A DNA stretch of 64,000 bases from Lingula anatina (Eukaryota > Animalia > Brachiopoda): positions 24,680,848 to 24,744,847 of the forward strand of contig CM120643.1 in assembly GCA_051362555.1 (NCBI GenBank). The letters run 5' to 3'. The notes below the pieces were generated by a model. The model was not told where the DNA came from. It was given only the letters and a program-made list of their open reading frames with translations, and ran no database searches. How positions within the stretch are numbered: the stretch's first letter is position 1; every line of letters begins with the position of its first letter. Both the position numbers and the translations under genes were made by a program. This document shows positions 48,068 to 60,127 of this stretch, in pieces.

Positions 48068-51000
48068 ATGTCTTCAGCCCCAGCAGCCAAAATAGCTAAA
48101 ATGGAATATGACATCCAAGAGAAAGAAACTCCCACCGAATTAATAACAGGAGATGAAGTCCACAAAGACAACAAAGAGCATAAAAACCCTGTAATGAGCC
48201 AAGAGACAGATAAACCCTGTGTTCACCAGCATACACAGATCATGCAACCTCCAACACAGTTCTACAGGTACAACTGTAATATCTTGTCATCAAAGGAAAA
48301 AAAAGTATTTGCTGTTTATCAAATTTTGCCTCATTTTCTATGCTGAGAAATCATCAGAAATCAATTTTTTCATAAATATCACATGGTATAGTATTGAACA
48401 ACTGACGGCACATCAAAATTAAATAATTTTTGTTGATATTTAAGACCAGTTTCAACCTTTTAGTTTAAATTTAATAAATTGACCACAGATATTTGCATGA
48501 GGCTACATGTTCTGGCAAAATAGCATGTTCTAGGGTTTTCTCATGTATAACTTTTGAAAAAATAACTTGCCTAGAACTTTTTAAAAGAGAAATGATGTAT
48601 TTTCTTCTTTTTCTTTTTGGTATACTATATGCTGTTTAACCCTACTAAAGTTTGGTTGTTACTCCCAGCTCTTATGATGCTTTCTTTCTTTCTTTCTTTC
48701 TTTCTTTCTGTTATGTTTTTCAATTATTTATTTAATTATATTCACTTATTAACCCATTAATTTATTTTATTGATCTATTGACTGATTGATCTTTTTTTGC
48801 TGATTGCTCAGTTGATTATCACACACTTTCAGTTGATTATCACACACTTTCAGTTGATTATCACATACTCCCTTCCAGACGTGAGTTACCAGACACCTGT
48901 ATCTCGTTCAGTTCAGAGGAGGGGAAGCTGGTCTTCAGGAAGGCTCTGGAAGCTGGGCATTTGAACAGTTATTTCAGCCTGGCCTCCCAGTTCCGCACCC
49001 AGGAGGAGCCTGCGTACTGCGGCCTGTCCACCCTGGTCATGGTGCTGAATGCACTGGCCGTAGATCCAGGGAGGGTGTGGAAGGGACCGTGGCGATGGTA
49101 GGTTGGATTGGAGATCTGTGTGCTGCGCTCGTTTGGTTTACTTTGGCTGATGGGATGCTGAAGAGAATTTAGGAAATTGGGGTCTCAGAATGTTTTGTAA
49201 ATTTATTTTTTATAGTTGGCAGTGATGATTTATTCAAGATAATTTAAATCTTTTGGGTGTGGATTTTGAAATATTTTGTCTGTCATTGTGATATTCTGCC
49301 TTAATGTTTTTTACATTTTGTCATTTTTTTTTCTGAATGTGTTGATTTAAAAAAAAACAGAACAAATTACTTTGCCAAAGTCAAGAGAGTACATATGTGT
49401 AAAGAGTTATGCTAAATTTGATTCCATCGTGAAAAATGATTGTTACTTTTTAAACTTTGAAGGCTTGGTCATGTTGATGCCTGCCAGTAATTGTGGATGA
49501 CAATTCCAACCACCAAATATGCCACTGTTTGGGTTGTTTGCAGAATTCAACTGCCAGATCCTGGTCCAAAAAGACTAAGCATACTAGTATGTACAGTGTG
49601 CAACTGGCAGAGCATTTCATTATTCAAGTCTACAATCCCTAACCTTCAACCTTTCACCTCTCTAAGGTACCATGAAGACATGCTGGAATGTTGCGTACCT
49701 CTGCAGATCATTCAGGAAAAAGGAATCACGCTGAGAGAGTTTGTATGCCTGGCCATATGCAACTACCTGGACGTGGTCACAACCTACGTTGACCACAGTG
49801 CCTCTTTGGAAGACTTCCGGGAAATTGTGAAGGAGCTCACCCAAGTGGACGATAAAGTACTGGTCTGCTCATATTCCCGGAAGACATTAAAGCAGACTGG
49901 TGCAGGACACTTTTCGCCCATTGGTGCGTACGAACCTGAGCGTGACCTGGTGCTCTTGATGGATGTGGCACGTTTTAAGTACCCGCCACATTGGGTTTCA
50001 CTGCCGTTGTTGTGGGAGGCCATGAAGACCGTGGATAGTGAAACAGGTGACACATTGTTATGAAGTAGTATTGCGTTAGTGGAGATTAGTTTGCAGTTCT
50101 GCCTATAGATGTCACTGTATGTACATGACTGTGAGAAATCTGTTCTGATTTGTGGGTTATGGGTGACGCAGTCATTGCATAATTAACTCTGATAATATAT
50201 CAGGAAATAAGATGTGATTACTTAAGTTATTAAGGAACTTTAATTCCTGAGTCATAAGATTTAAATTTTCATTTGGGAAAACAATTGCATAAATATACAG
50301 GTGAAGATTGTTAAAAAATCAATTACAGTTGGGAATATTATATTTAAAATAACTTTTTCACAACAGGAAGTTCACGTGGATACTGCATAATGAAACGGAA
50401 CCAGACAACTGAACCCATGGTGCTGTTCAGGACATCTCCCCATCTCAGCGTGACGTTGAAGGCAGAGTTTCCTGAGGGGATCAGAACATTCCTGAAGGAG
50501 TGGGAGACATGGTTGAACGTCACCCTTAGCAAGGCGGAGGAGGAGTCTCAGAAGTCGAGTTTCATGGACAATGCTGTGTTTGCCTTTATACGTAGTTTGT
50601 CTGTCCTTGGGGAAGACGACGCTCTCCTCAGCACACAGATTGACATGAGCTGTGCCAAAGCTTTAACGCAAACTCACATGTGCTGTGTAGAAAACTTAGT
50701 TGAGGCTCTGAGCAACACTAATCTCCACAAGAGAGTGGAGTCCATCACTCGTGCTACAAATGCATATCAGGAAATCAGAAAAATCTGGATGCCTGCAGTT
50801 ATGTATAACACCAATGGCAAAAGCAGTGGCTGTATTCACAGAGACACTTTTTCTGACAAATTGCATGACTCTGCATTTTTGACAGCATTGATGTTTGCAT
50901 GGCCTTACAAAGAACAAAATCCTGTAGATGGCACTGTGACAAGAGGAGACTTATTGAAGAAAATACTACACCAGGAGCTGGATTCTGCACTTCATGTGTT

Positions 51001-51100
51001 GAAAAACGAGATAGAACAGTTGTCGAAACTTCTTAAGGTGGTGCTCAAGAAGTATTATCATTGTCAAGATTGTGGATGTAAAACAAATGTTTTTAAGTAA
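48068..51100 (+). CDS. PCS: Phytochelatin synthase (glutathione gamma-glutamylcysteinyltransferase), ~510 aa
   Basis: Exons 48068-48267, 48879-49097, 49667-50046 and 50367-51100 join in frame. Motifs [56 protein letters not shown] and [15 protein letters not shown] give an intact Cys-His-Asp triad. Confidence 0.96.
48809..48865. repeat. 21-bp minisatellite (~2.7 copies) just upstream of the PCS exon acceptor
   Basis: CAGTTGATTATCACACACTTT repeated. Confidence 0.9.
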
Positions 51101-53019
51101 CAAAGAACATTTGATTTCAGGTTGCAACAGACTGCCTCACACTTACAGCAAATTGTATTATTATTATTATTATAGTAAAGGCTCAGGTGTGTTCTACTGG
51201 TAACTTATTTTCACCGAACATACCTATTTGGGCAGACAAACCTAATTATCATTATGCATGTACAAAATGAATGTATGCTGAGGAGCTCTTTTGAACTTGA
51301 AGTTAGAAAGTCACACCTACCAGTAAATGCTTGCTAGTACATGTAGATACATTTTTTCTTAAGGGTTCTGCACACAAAATTAAGTAGTAAAGAAAAATCC
51401 CAGGAAATTCAGTTTATGCCCTGTCCAAAGAAAAAAAGTACAACATTTGAATCTGATTTGAGTTCTAAATTTCTTTTATTAACAAATGTTACAAGTGTAA
51501 TTTAAAAGCCATCATCTCCTTTATAAAGACTGACTTTAAGTTTAGTCAGAAAATTGTAAAACTGTCTTATTTTATCTTTTCTAAAATGTAATTAGCCATA
51601 ATATTTTCAAAAATAATAATAAGGTGCTATAATGATGACAGTATTGTCAAGTTTCATTGTCAACACATTTTACAAGTTGGAGAAATTTGTCTGTTTGTTG
51701 TTCAGTCAGATAACTGTTTACTTATAAACTCAAATTATATGTGATTGTCTCTTACACCATGTTACGAATATTAGAAAAATGAGGGAGTTTATGCACATTT
51801 TAGTTGTCTTTGTTTATTAGATTTTTGCAAATTATATATTTTTATTTCAAAATATTTAGCACATCTTGGACTTTTCTGCCACAATAGTATATAAATTGAA
51901 TATTTAGGTGCTACAGTTGACTAGCTCTCTTTAACTTGCCAGTTTATTTATTTCACATTTAATTTTTATTTTGCTTTTATGTTTTAGGTATTACTAATGA
52001 AAGGAAGAGTTTTAAAGCACAGAATGTTGTTTTACGATAAAACCTGAATGTTATTTGTAGCCATGCACTGTACTTTACCCAGGATTAAAGATTCGTTTCA
52101 AATGTATCTTGTAATAGTCTTATACCTTGAAAACATAAGGTACTTGCTCAGCCTGGAAGGCTTATGTAGTATAATTTTACTTAAAAGTAATTAAAGTAGT
52201 AATTGATTCGATCAAAGTGACCATTATAATAATACACCTGGATTGGAAGCCACTTGGGTTGGAGTCCAATGCTAAAATAAGTGTATATGTGAAGGATATG
52301 GAGAGAAATAACAGTAGGGATCAGTAATGTTTAGTTGGTGACTGACCCAGTGACTTGGGTCAATTCACAATGAATCTTTAGAACCAGCTAGCACGCACTA
52401 ATACCGCTGGTAATCTTGCTGAGTGCAATCAAGTTAACAGATTCACACGCCTAATGTTGGAACCGTTCCCGAGGTCCCATCAGTTTGGAGTCCACTTCAG
52501 TGTGCATCTCTGAGCAAACGTTAAAGGGATAACAACTGTTCGTTTTAACATAAAAACGGATTTCCCTGGGGTAAACGATGATTTCCCAATACTTACCAAT
52601 GTCTTATGAATCAATTTCGACATTCAAAGTTATTCCATGTTTTTTAAAAGAAATTGCCTTTTTGAAATAATCTCTTACGACATAATTACAGAGGTACCGT
52701 GTATAGCCACTTACAAAGGTCCACGTGGTCTGATGACAAGCACAGTTTCCAGAATATTGCAATAACCGCAGTTTTGGTATTTAAAATGGAGTTTATTTTT
52801 TATTTTATTTTATAATTATTTTTTTTTTACTGTGAAATATGAATCTCATACGAACGGTTGTAATCCCTATAAGATCATGGAAAATACTGATGTTAACGCT
52901 GGTATGTTTCAGAAAAGTGTCATATTTTTGGCGACCCGCAATGGACATTACATCAAATTTTCTACACAGAATTGCATGGAATCTCCCAACTCCTAATAAC
53001 AGTTATCTTTTATGTCAAC

Positions 53020-54126
53020 TTAATTCGAACATTTAAGAAAAGAAAAGATTTCTCTAATGATGTTTCTCAATTCCTCTCTGAATCGTCTTCCTGTCAGACA
53101 GTAGAGAAAGAAGTTTATAGAATGGTTCGCGTAGTTCAGAATCAATACTACCGCTTGCGTGAGTTCAAATTTGGCCTTCTCGTGGGGATCGCCAATCTTC
53201 CGCTTCCAGTAGGACTGCAAAAGGCGGTTTATAAATCCTGGGATGGACAGAACAAGGAACGCTATGGTCACCGACAACAGCATGATGGTCAGTGATTTGG
53301 TGTAGGCGTGGCGGGCTCTTTCGTTTTTAGATTGGCTTTGGGATCCTAAAAGCCCATTCGAACTTCGTGAATCGGAACCCCACTTGTCGGGCGCATTGCC
53401 GTTCCTGTGAAACCGCCGCTTTTCTAGGTTATATAAACCGTTTATGATTAAGATGTTAAGAACCAACATGGTGGCAAATGGTCCAATGACGTACACACAG
53501 AATATGATCCAGGGAAGCACGTGCTTCCAAAAGAACCTGTAACTTTCATTGGGATATCCACAAACTCGGACCAAAACCGTCTCGTTTCCAACCAGCTGAT
53601 ATTCATTGCCGCGTGTCCAGAACACGTGCAGCGTTTTGGCGGCGATCAAGACGGCAATGATCGCAAGCACCGCCACAGACCGCTTTATAGTGCACAAAGT
53701 GCTGGCTTTCTCCGGCTGGCATACCGCTATGTACCTTTCAACTGACACGGCGACGAGGATGTACGCCGCAAAGTCCATGCTGAAGTACGTCAGAAACTTG
53801 GTCATCTGGCAAGAAAAGACGCTGAACTCGCGGATATCTGCAACATCGAAGGAACTGAGGAGATGCCGCATCAACCCCACCCACAACACAACTAGATCGG
53901 CCACGGACAGCGTGGCGAGGTAGATTCCGATCGGTGTTGCCCTCATTGACTTTCTTGTCATCACGGCTAAAGATAAGCAATTCCCGAACGTTCCCATTAC
54001 GATGAGTAATGGAGGCATTATTTTCCATAACACATCCGCAGCTGTTGTTTCGGGAAATTCGTAGTTGTGTGTTCTGTTGCCATCTAGCAAGAATTGGTCG
54101 TTTTTGTACGTCGCGTTTAAAGTCAT
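53020..54126 (-). CDS. Rhodopsin-like (class A) peptide GPCR, FMRFamide/sex-peptide-receptor-like, single coding exon
   Basis: 368-aa ORF with seven hydrophobic segments, GTFGN, LSVADL, SVERYIAVC.P and NHSINFFLYCLTG.RFR.EL, plus N-terminal N-glycosylation sequons. Confidence 0.93.
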   Translation of the reverse strand: MTLNATYKNDQFLLDGNRTHNYEFPETTAADVLWKIMPPLLIVMGTFGNCLSLAVMTRKSMRATPIGIYLATLSVADLVVLWVGLMRHLLSSFDVADIREFSVFSCQMTKFLTYFSMDFAAYILVAVSVERYIAVCQPEKASTLCTIKRSVAVLAIIAVLIAAKTLHVFWTRGNEYQLVGNETVLVRVCGYPNESYRFFWKHVLPWIIFCVYVIGPFATMLVLNILIINGLYNLEKRRFHRNGNAPDKWGSDSRSSNGLLGSQSQSKNERARHAYTKSLTIMLLSVTIAFLVLSIPGFINRLLQSYWKRKIGDPHEKAKFELTQAVVLILNYANHSINFFLYCLTGRRFREELRNIIREIFSFLKCSN

Positions 54127-57100
54127 CGTACTACCTGTCTTCTATTTAAACAACAAACAAAAATCCGAAATCTTGCGTTGTTAAATTCCTTTCTGGTTTC
54201 AGTCTTAATTTACACACAAGGCCTCGACAGCTTTCCGAAGACGTCAATGGTTAGATATCGCTAACTCTCCAAGTTGAGGAAATAATAATTGCCTGAAGTC
54301 GTTGAGTTGAAGTGATCGATGAGCTTTATATCCTTGCATGTGTTTTCCTGGTGCTTCTTTACGGCTGAAAAACGACTCGAACGTCCTCAATTCTGGTCCT
54401 TTTTTATGTAACAGACCCAATGCTTAAACCCCGATGAAACAACGTTCACAAGCATAAATTCGCAGAAGAAACAACCTTGCAAGCGCCTATCCTTTGATGT
54501 CAAAGAACCAGGTAAAATGTACTACGAGAGATTCGGGAGAGTTTCAATACGATGTTGATTATATCGACATTAACTATATCCCGCGCCAACGCTGATGGAT
54601 GCTATGCCATGCATCACATTTCATGGAATGAGACGTTCTGTAGTGCCCACTGACAGCTCATTTTCGAGCACATGATCATCAATCAAGTTGATTTTTTCTC
54701 GTATTAAGGGTTGTAGGGTTATACGTCTTCTTAAAAAAACAATTCTACTTAAGAATGCGTGCGGTTCTGATTTCTCGCCGACTTACATGCTAGTCGGGCA
54801 ACAGAAAAATATATCATCAGAATGAATATCGAAGTATAAAATGCAGCGAAAATCCAACAGATTTACAGTTAGAATGATAATGACGCCATTTGTCTAACAA
54901 CAAGAGATGAGAGTCAGTTACGGCTATATGTGGTAGTCTGCGGTGGGCACAATGACGTGAAGAGATAAGCTTTTTATGAACTAGTATGTGCTAACTAGAG
55001 CAATCCCGTTTATTTCAGTATCTGGCAGATTTATGATGATGATTGATGTAATGTATCCAAATTACAAGAATTACGTCTCCTGTATACATAACATATATGC
55101 CAGCTTCTTGTAAGTATGCAGTTTTATAAATCCATCCAACATCCGTCTGTCCAGCGTGTTCAATTAATATAGAACATTTTCAGAAGTGAAGTTATCTTTC
55201 GTTTTGACAAGCGATACTCTGTTTCAACAGTCGTGGCAGAAAATGGACTTAATATTCTTCCTTAGAATGGTTTTAAGAAACCAAGTAGCGTTTTGAGGTG
55301 TTCTTTCAGGGTATTCATCCAACCTGAATCAATGAAATTGGGACGCTATGTCAGTATATAAATCCAAGACATAGGCAAGTCCTCGTGCCTTGTACGCTGG
55401 TGGCTGATTTGAGCTGCAGTGGGGTACGCTGACTACTACTCCGTTGATCACAACTAGAAGATTTTCATTCCCAAAGAGTTGAAAATCGCAGAAATAAGTG
55501 GTATACCTTGCCGGCACGATTCCCTTTTTAAAAGAGGCATTGACTGATGATCCCAAAGACGTCGGCGGTCTCTGAAATGTAAAGGTATGGTTAGACAACG
55601 CAACCAACCGTTGTCATGGCAACGCTATCCTGAAAACTCAATCTCGGGCCACCGTTTTGACACATCATTAAATTTTCATTCAACATTATCCGGAAAACTT
55701 CACGCGTTTCTCAGAAAAAAAGATTCATTGAAATTGTTTTTTACCAAGGATCATTAACAGTAAAGAGACTGACTTACTGACTGGTCATATATTGTGATAA
55801 ATCTGTTTGAAAAAAGGGCTGATTAAAAATAGATTTGTAAAATAAGAAAAATAAAAAGGGACAGTTTTCAGTGATGATAGTATTGTGCGTTAATCAAATT
55901 CTTAATCTTTAATCTTCGTTAATCTTTCTAATTATTCAAATATTACTAAAATGTCTGAGTTTTCTCAGTGTGGCATTATGTTATTAAGTTACTGAATTTC
56001 CCAAATGAACACTTTGTACAATAAATGAACTTCCCTCTGAATTGGCCTGATGATGCAAGGAAAACGGCACAAGTTCATGTATTTACTACTACTCTTTAGG
56101 CGTTTCAACAACGCTACATTCCACCTAATTCCAAAAACGTCATTGTGAAAGTGCAGCTGTCTGATATGTGGGTCGGCCTGTGCTGTAACTAGTCATTTGT
56201 AGTTTTTTTCCTTTAAGTTTTGGGCGTTTAGACAGCAATGAAACCCGCTGTGTTTGTTTTGCTCAGGTAAGGGTATCTCAAAATCGGGTTTCACTAGCAT
56301 AATACTTAACGAGATCGACACCAAGTTCATGTAGTTTCTAATGTACACGGCACACCTATGTCTTGTAAAATTAGTTCTAATAGGACTCTCTTGTGCCCAC
56401 TATGGGTGAATTTGAACGGACAGCCAATTTTCTTAAATGTATCCTATTGGAATTTTTCTGCCAAATAATATTCTTCCAGAGAAAGATTTTCCAACTCGCG
56501 AACCGCTGATCAACCAATCCCTTGGCTTCGATGTTATATTCTAGTTTAACTGTTCACTTCTAAATAGCTGCATAGCCAGTCACTTAAACCACAATGTCTT
56601 CTTGTATATTTCAGTGGGAAATATCTTAAGTCACACCAGGTTCTTTTTCTTTATTTAAGTAATTTATTTTCTTAATGTTTGAACCGGTAAAAATAAGTAG
56701 CTCTGCGGCATATATAGGCTTTCGGCTCGCCCAATGTTGGCACGAAAAATATGACTTTGGGACGTTTTCAAAGGCAGATAGTGCACCTTTAAACATTATT
56801 CACATTCTCCAGTTGTATACTTCAGACTCAACATCTTATTTCATATTCGATTGAACTTTCACATGTACGAGAAAAAAGGTTAATAAAAAAGTAGCCCACG
56901 AATTAACTGAAACGCCACGTATCAACTTAACGGGGCCATTCACTCTTTATAAGATTTCCGGTGCCCTGCCCAGGATAGCTTGCTCGGGTCAAAGTGAGCT
57001 TTAAAAACTTGTTTTATTATGTCCTCAGTAGTGGTACTTATCTGTTTGATCACGCCCCCTTACCTTAACTCACCCCGCTTTAGTACCTGCGTTCTTTCAA

Positions 57101-57505
57101 AACTATAAGCAAGAACGTATATATTGGAGGTTGCAGTCAAGCCATTAACAATCACCCTGTGCTTGGCAGTATATTACTGTCAACTCTATTCAGGCCAGTT
57201 CTCAGAAATTGAAGAGGGATACATTAAAGCCACACAATGAGCTCTTGACCTTTTCAAAGAAATAAAACCAAGTTTCCTAGAAATTGCAAGATTCTTTCCA
57301 TAATCACCAAGATGCACCATATCCAAATCCCTGTGGAATACATTACGGTCTATAAACACACGTCTTGAAGTCTACATTTCTAATATTTGGACCAATCTCG
57401 TAGTGTCGAACTTCACTCGTAAGGGTGAAAATAGAAATTTAAACTATGAAACCGACTCATTTGTAGAAAATTCCTAAAAATCAATGACTAAAAATACAGG
57501 AAATA

Positions 57506-59126
57506 CAGACTTGACATTTAATATGGAATATTTTTTTCCAAATTATATTTCGTCAGTTTTTTTCCTATTTTGCTGACTTATAAATGAAAATAAGGATTAA
57601 AATGGCGTTTTAATAACTTTTATTTATCTCTTTGATGTCATTGTGACATCAGTTCATCAATTGTATTCGCCAGTGAAGCGAACAAAAATGCATTGCCTAT
57701 TTTAGGTCATACGGCAACCATTGAAAGCGATGTTTTGGATCTCTATATTTTCCAAATTATCGTCTTTAAAAGAGTTATACGCCCAACAAAGGACCCTCAT
57801 GTCAGTGTCTTGTCACAGCAACGGTGGCTGTTACACCTGACCTCACCTGGCTGCTACCAGAGCTTTCAAGCGGCAAGGCATTCCTTAGGATAGGTTTTTA
57901 GAGTTTAATCTGGAAAAAAATTCCAGGCAACGGTCAAAACTTGTCCAGTTTGGTTCAGTTTTGTTGTAGGACATGCAGGCCGTTGATTCGTTGGTTCAAA
58001 TATGGCGATTTTGATGACCAATGTATCTGCTCAATTCCTCGGCTCTGTAAGTTATCTGCTATTAAAAGTGCTCTGTGTGAACGGGCAATCTCATTGTGCA
58101 ACCTAAAATTGTTCCTAAGGTGCCCCCTATCATATGATAGTCAAATGGTTCCCACATTATTCCTTTATTTCATCTGGTTTAGGTTTTTATCAATGACTAC
58201 CATTGGTGTTTTGGCACCAATGTGGTATTCACTCCAAATACTGACGCTGTCAATGACCCTAGTCACTTCAGAAGCGGCACACGACTTGTCGTAGGCCTCT
58301 TCTGGATGTCTGTAAACTCTGTTTGGACCAGTTAAGCGGTACAGGTGAAATCTGACGTCAATAAAGAAAGCCACGCGGTTTCAGTGTTCTACCCAGAAAG
58401 GGTCATGGTCCTCAATTCATTACAGAAACAGACGACACTGTTTTGCTGTTTACAGTGGCTTCCTCAGAGGTCGTTTGGTATCCTAACCTGCTTAAACCAG
58501 TTTGATATTCGCTAAGAGCCTTGAAAAACGGGTTTTGGTCACAATTTGCCCCTCATTCTGAACGGACTGGGTGGGTTTGTTTAGTTACAGCAGCATATCC
58601 TGAAGGACACTGAGTCCTGTACCCTGGTGGTTAGACGGCGATACATTGGCCGTGGTATCTGTGTAGGTACATCAGTCTGGGTATAACTCCATAAAACTGT
58701 GCTGACCATTTCGTTTGACACAATTATCTGTCTGGCAATGTCTGTCTTTTTCGCGCCATTCTGGCACAGATTAACAATTTTGTTTAACTCATTTTAATCA
58801 CTGCAAAACTGACCGCTTGCATGCTACATTTCAAATTCTTCTATGCAGTAGTTACCGACATATGGATACTTTTTTAACAGCACCATGCTTCGCCAAAGCC
58901 AAGCTTTGGCTATCCCAAAGGGGCACTACCCAATTAAATCACTGCATATTACACAATGCAGCAGTGCACCAGACTTGGTAGTCAGTTAATTGGTAGCGAC
59001 ACACCTGACTTCACACTTCTCCAGTCAGATATTTTATGTGAGATCTGAGTTTTATGAAAAAAAGAACGCATTTTTACCAAGATATACCTTTGAAACTGAA
59101 ATATTCCATACTAAATGTCAAGTCTG
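57506..59126 (-). mobile_element. Tc1/mariner DNA transposon, full length, heavily decayed
   Basis: TIRs CAGACTTGACATTTAATATGGAATAT / ATATTCCATACTAAATGTCAAGTCTG flanked by TA. Transposase remnants FIDVRFHLYRLTGPNRVYRHPEEAYDKSC and WSSKSPYLN (~58020-57995). Confidence 0.85.
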
Positions 59127-60127
59127 TACCTAAGTGGTTAATGTAAAAATGTGAAATCTTGGAAATTTTGTAGAAGTTTCCTTTATTATGGAAGGCTTAA
59201 CGCACACTGTAATGGTATGTTCTTTTTGGGGAAAAGGCAGCAACTACAAGCGTCTAACAAGGAACGTCACGGCACAGATGTTCGCGGTGAGATACGGCTC
59301 CGTCGATAATGGTCGAATTCTATAGATTCTAAACTATATATGCATGCGATTGACCTTAACGCGTATCGTAGAATAACCATTTGATTAATTAGCTTTAAGA
59401 GCTACTGGGTTTGTAAAGGTTCATTGTCAGTTGGCCTACACAATTCAACCAACTATAAGCAACAATTTGGATATAAGCTTCAAAGACCAACTTTTGTTAC
59501 ATTACCTACATGAAAGCTCATTACCTACATGAAAACTTATAAAATAGTATTTATCACTTATTACGTCAGATTGCGTTTTATGTTTTGGTCAACCTTCCAT
59601 TCATAGCGCCTGGACCCAATATCGTATATCTGGTGGATTTAAAAGTAACATTCACGGTTTCCTTGTAGTAATGCATTATGAACCCTCAAAATTATGTCTT
59701 TGATGAAGATCGTTATAGCAAAAAACTTATGTTTGGTATGTTTCATCGTTTAGATTCCTAGAAATACCTATTTAAGTGCATTTCCATAAAATTAAAAACT
59801 CGCCCTAGGCAATAAATAAATAAATAAAGCAAACGATATTTACCTGATAACAATACCTGTAAGCTTTTCGAAGGATCGCAAGTGATTGTTTGTTGTGTTC
59901 TCTGGCTCAGCCAAACTCCTCAAATGAAAAATATTCTGTTCTCCTCACTGCTTTATACATGAACGTGCATCTAGCACAGTTTACACTAAAAACTTTCCAG
60001 ATTTACAGGTATAGAGAACCTGGTGTGTTATCTCTTATTAAGCGGCCCTCTGTTGTCTTCAATACTTCGTACGTTTCGACGAGTTTTATAGCGCCCCAAT
60101 ACCGCATTCAGTGGCGGTTACAAAAAA

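Noticed and set aside
48068-51100. PCS as recent horizontal transfer or contamination
   Set aside because: It has canonical introns with host-like composition, and animal PCS genes are already known.
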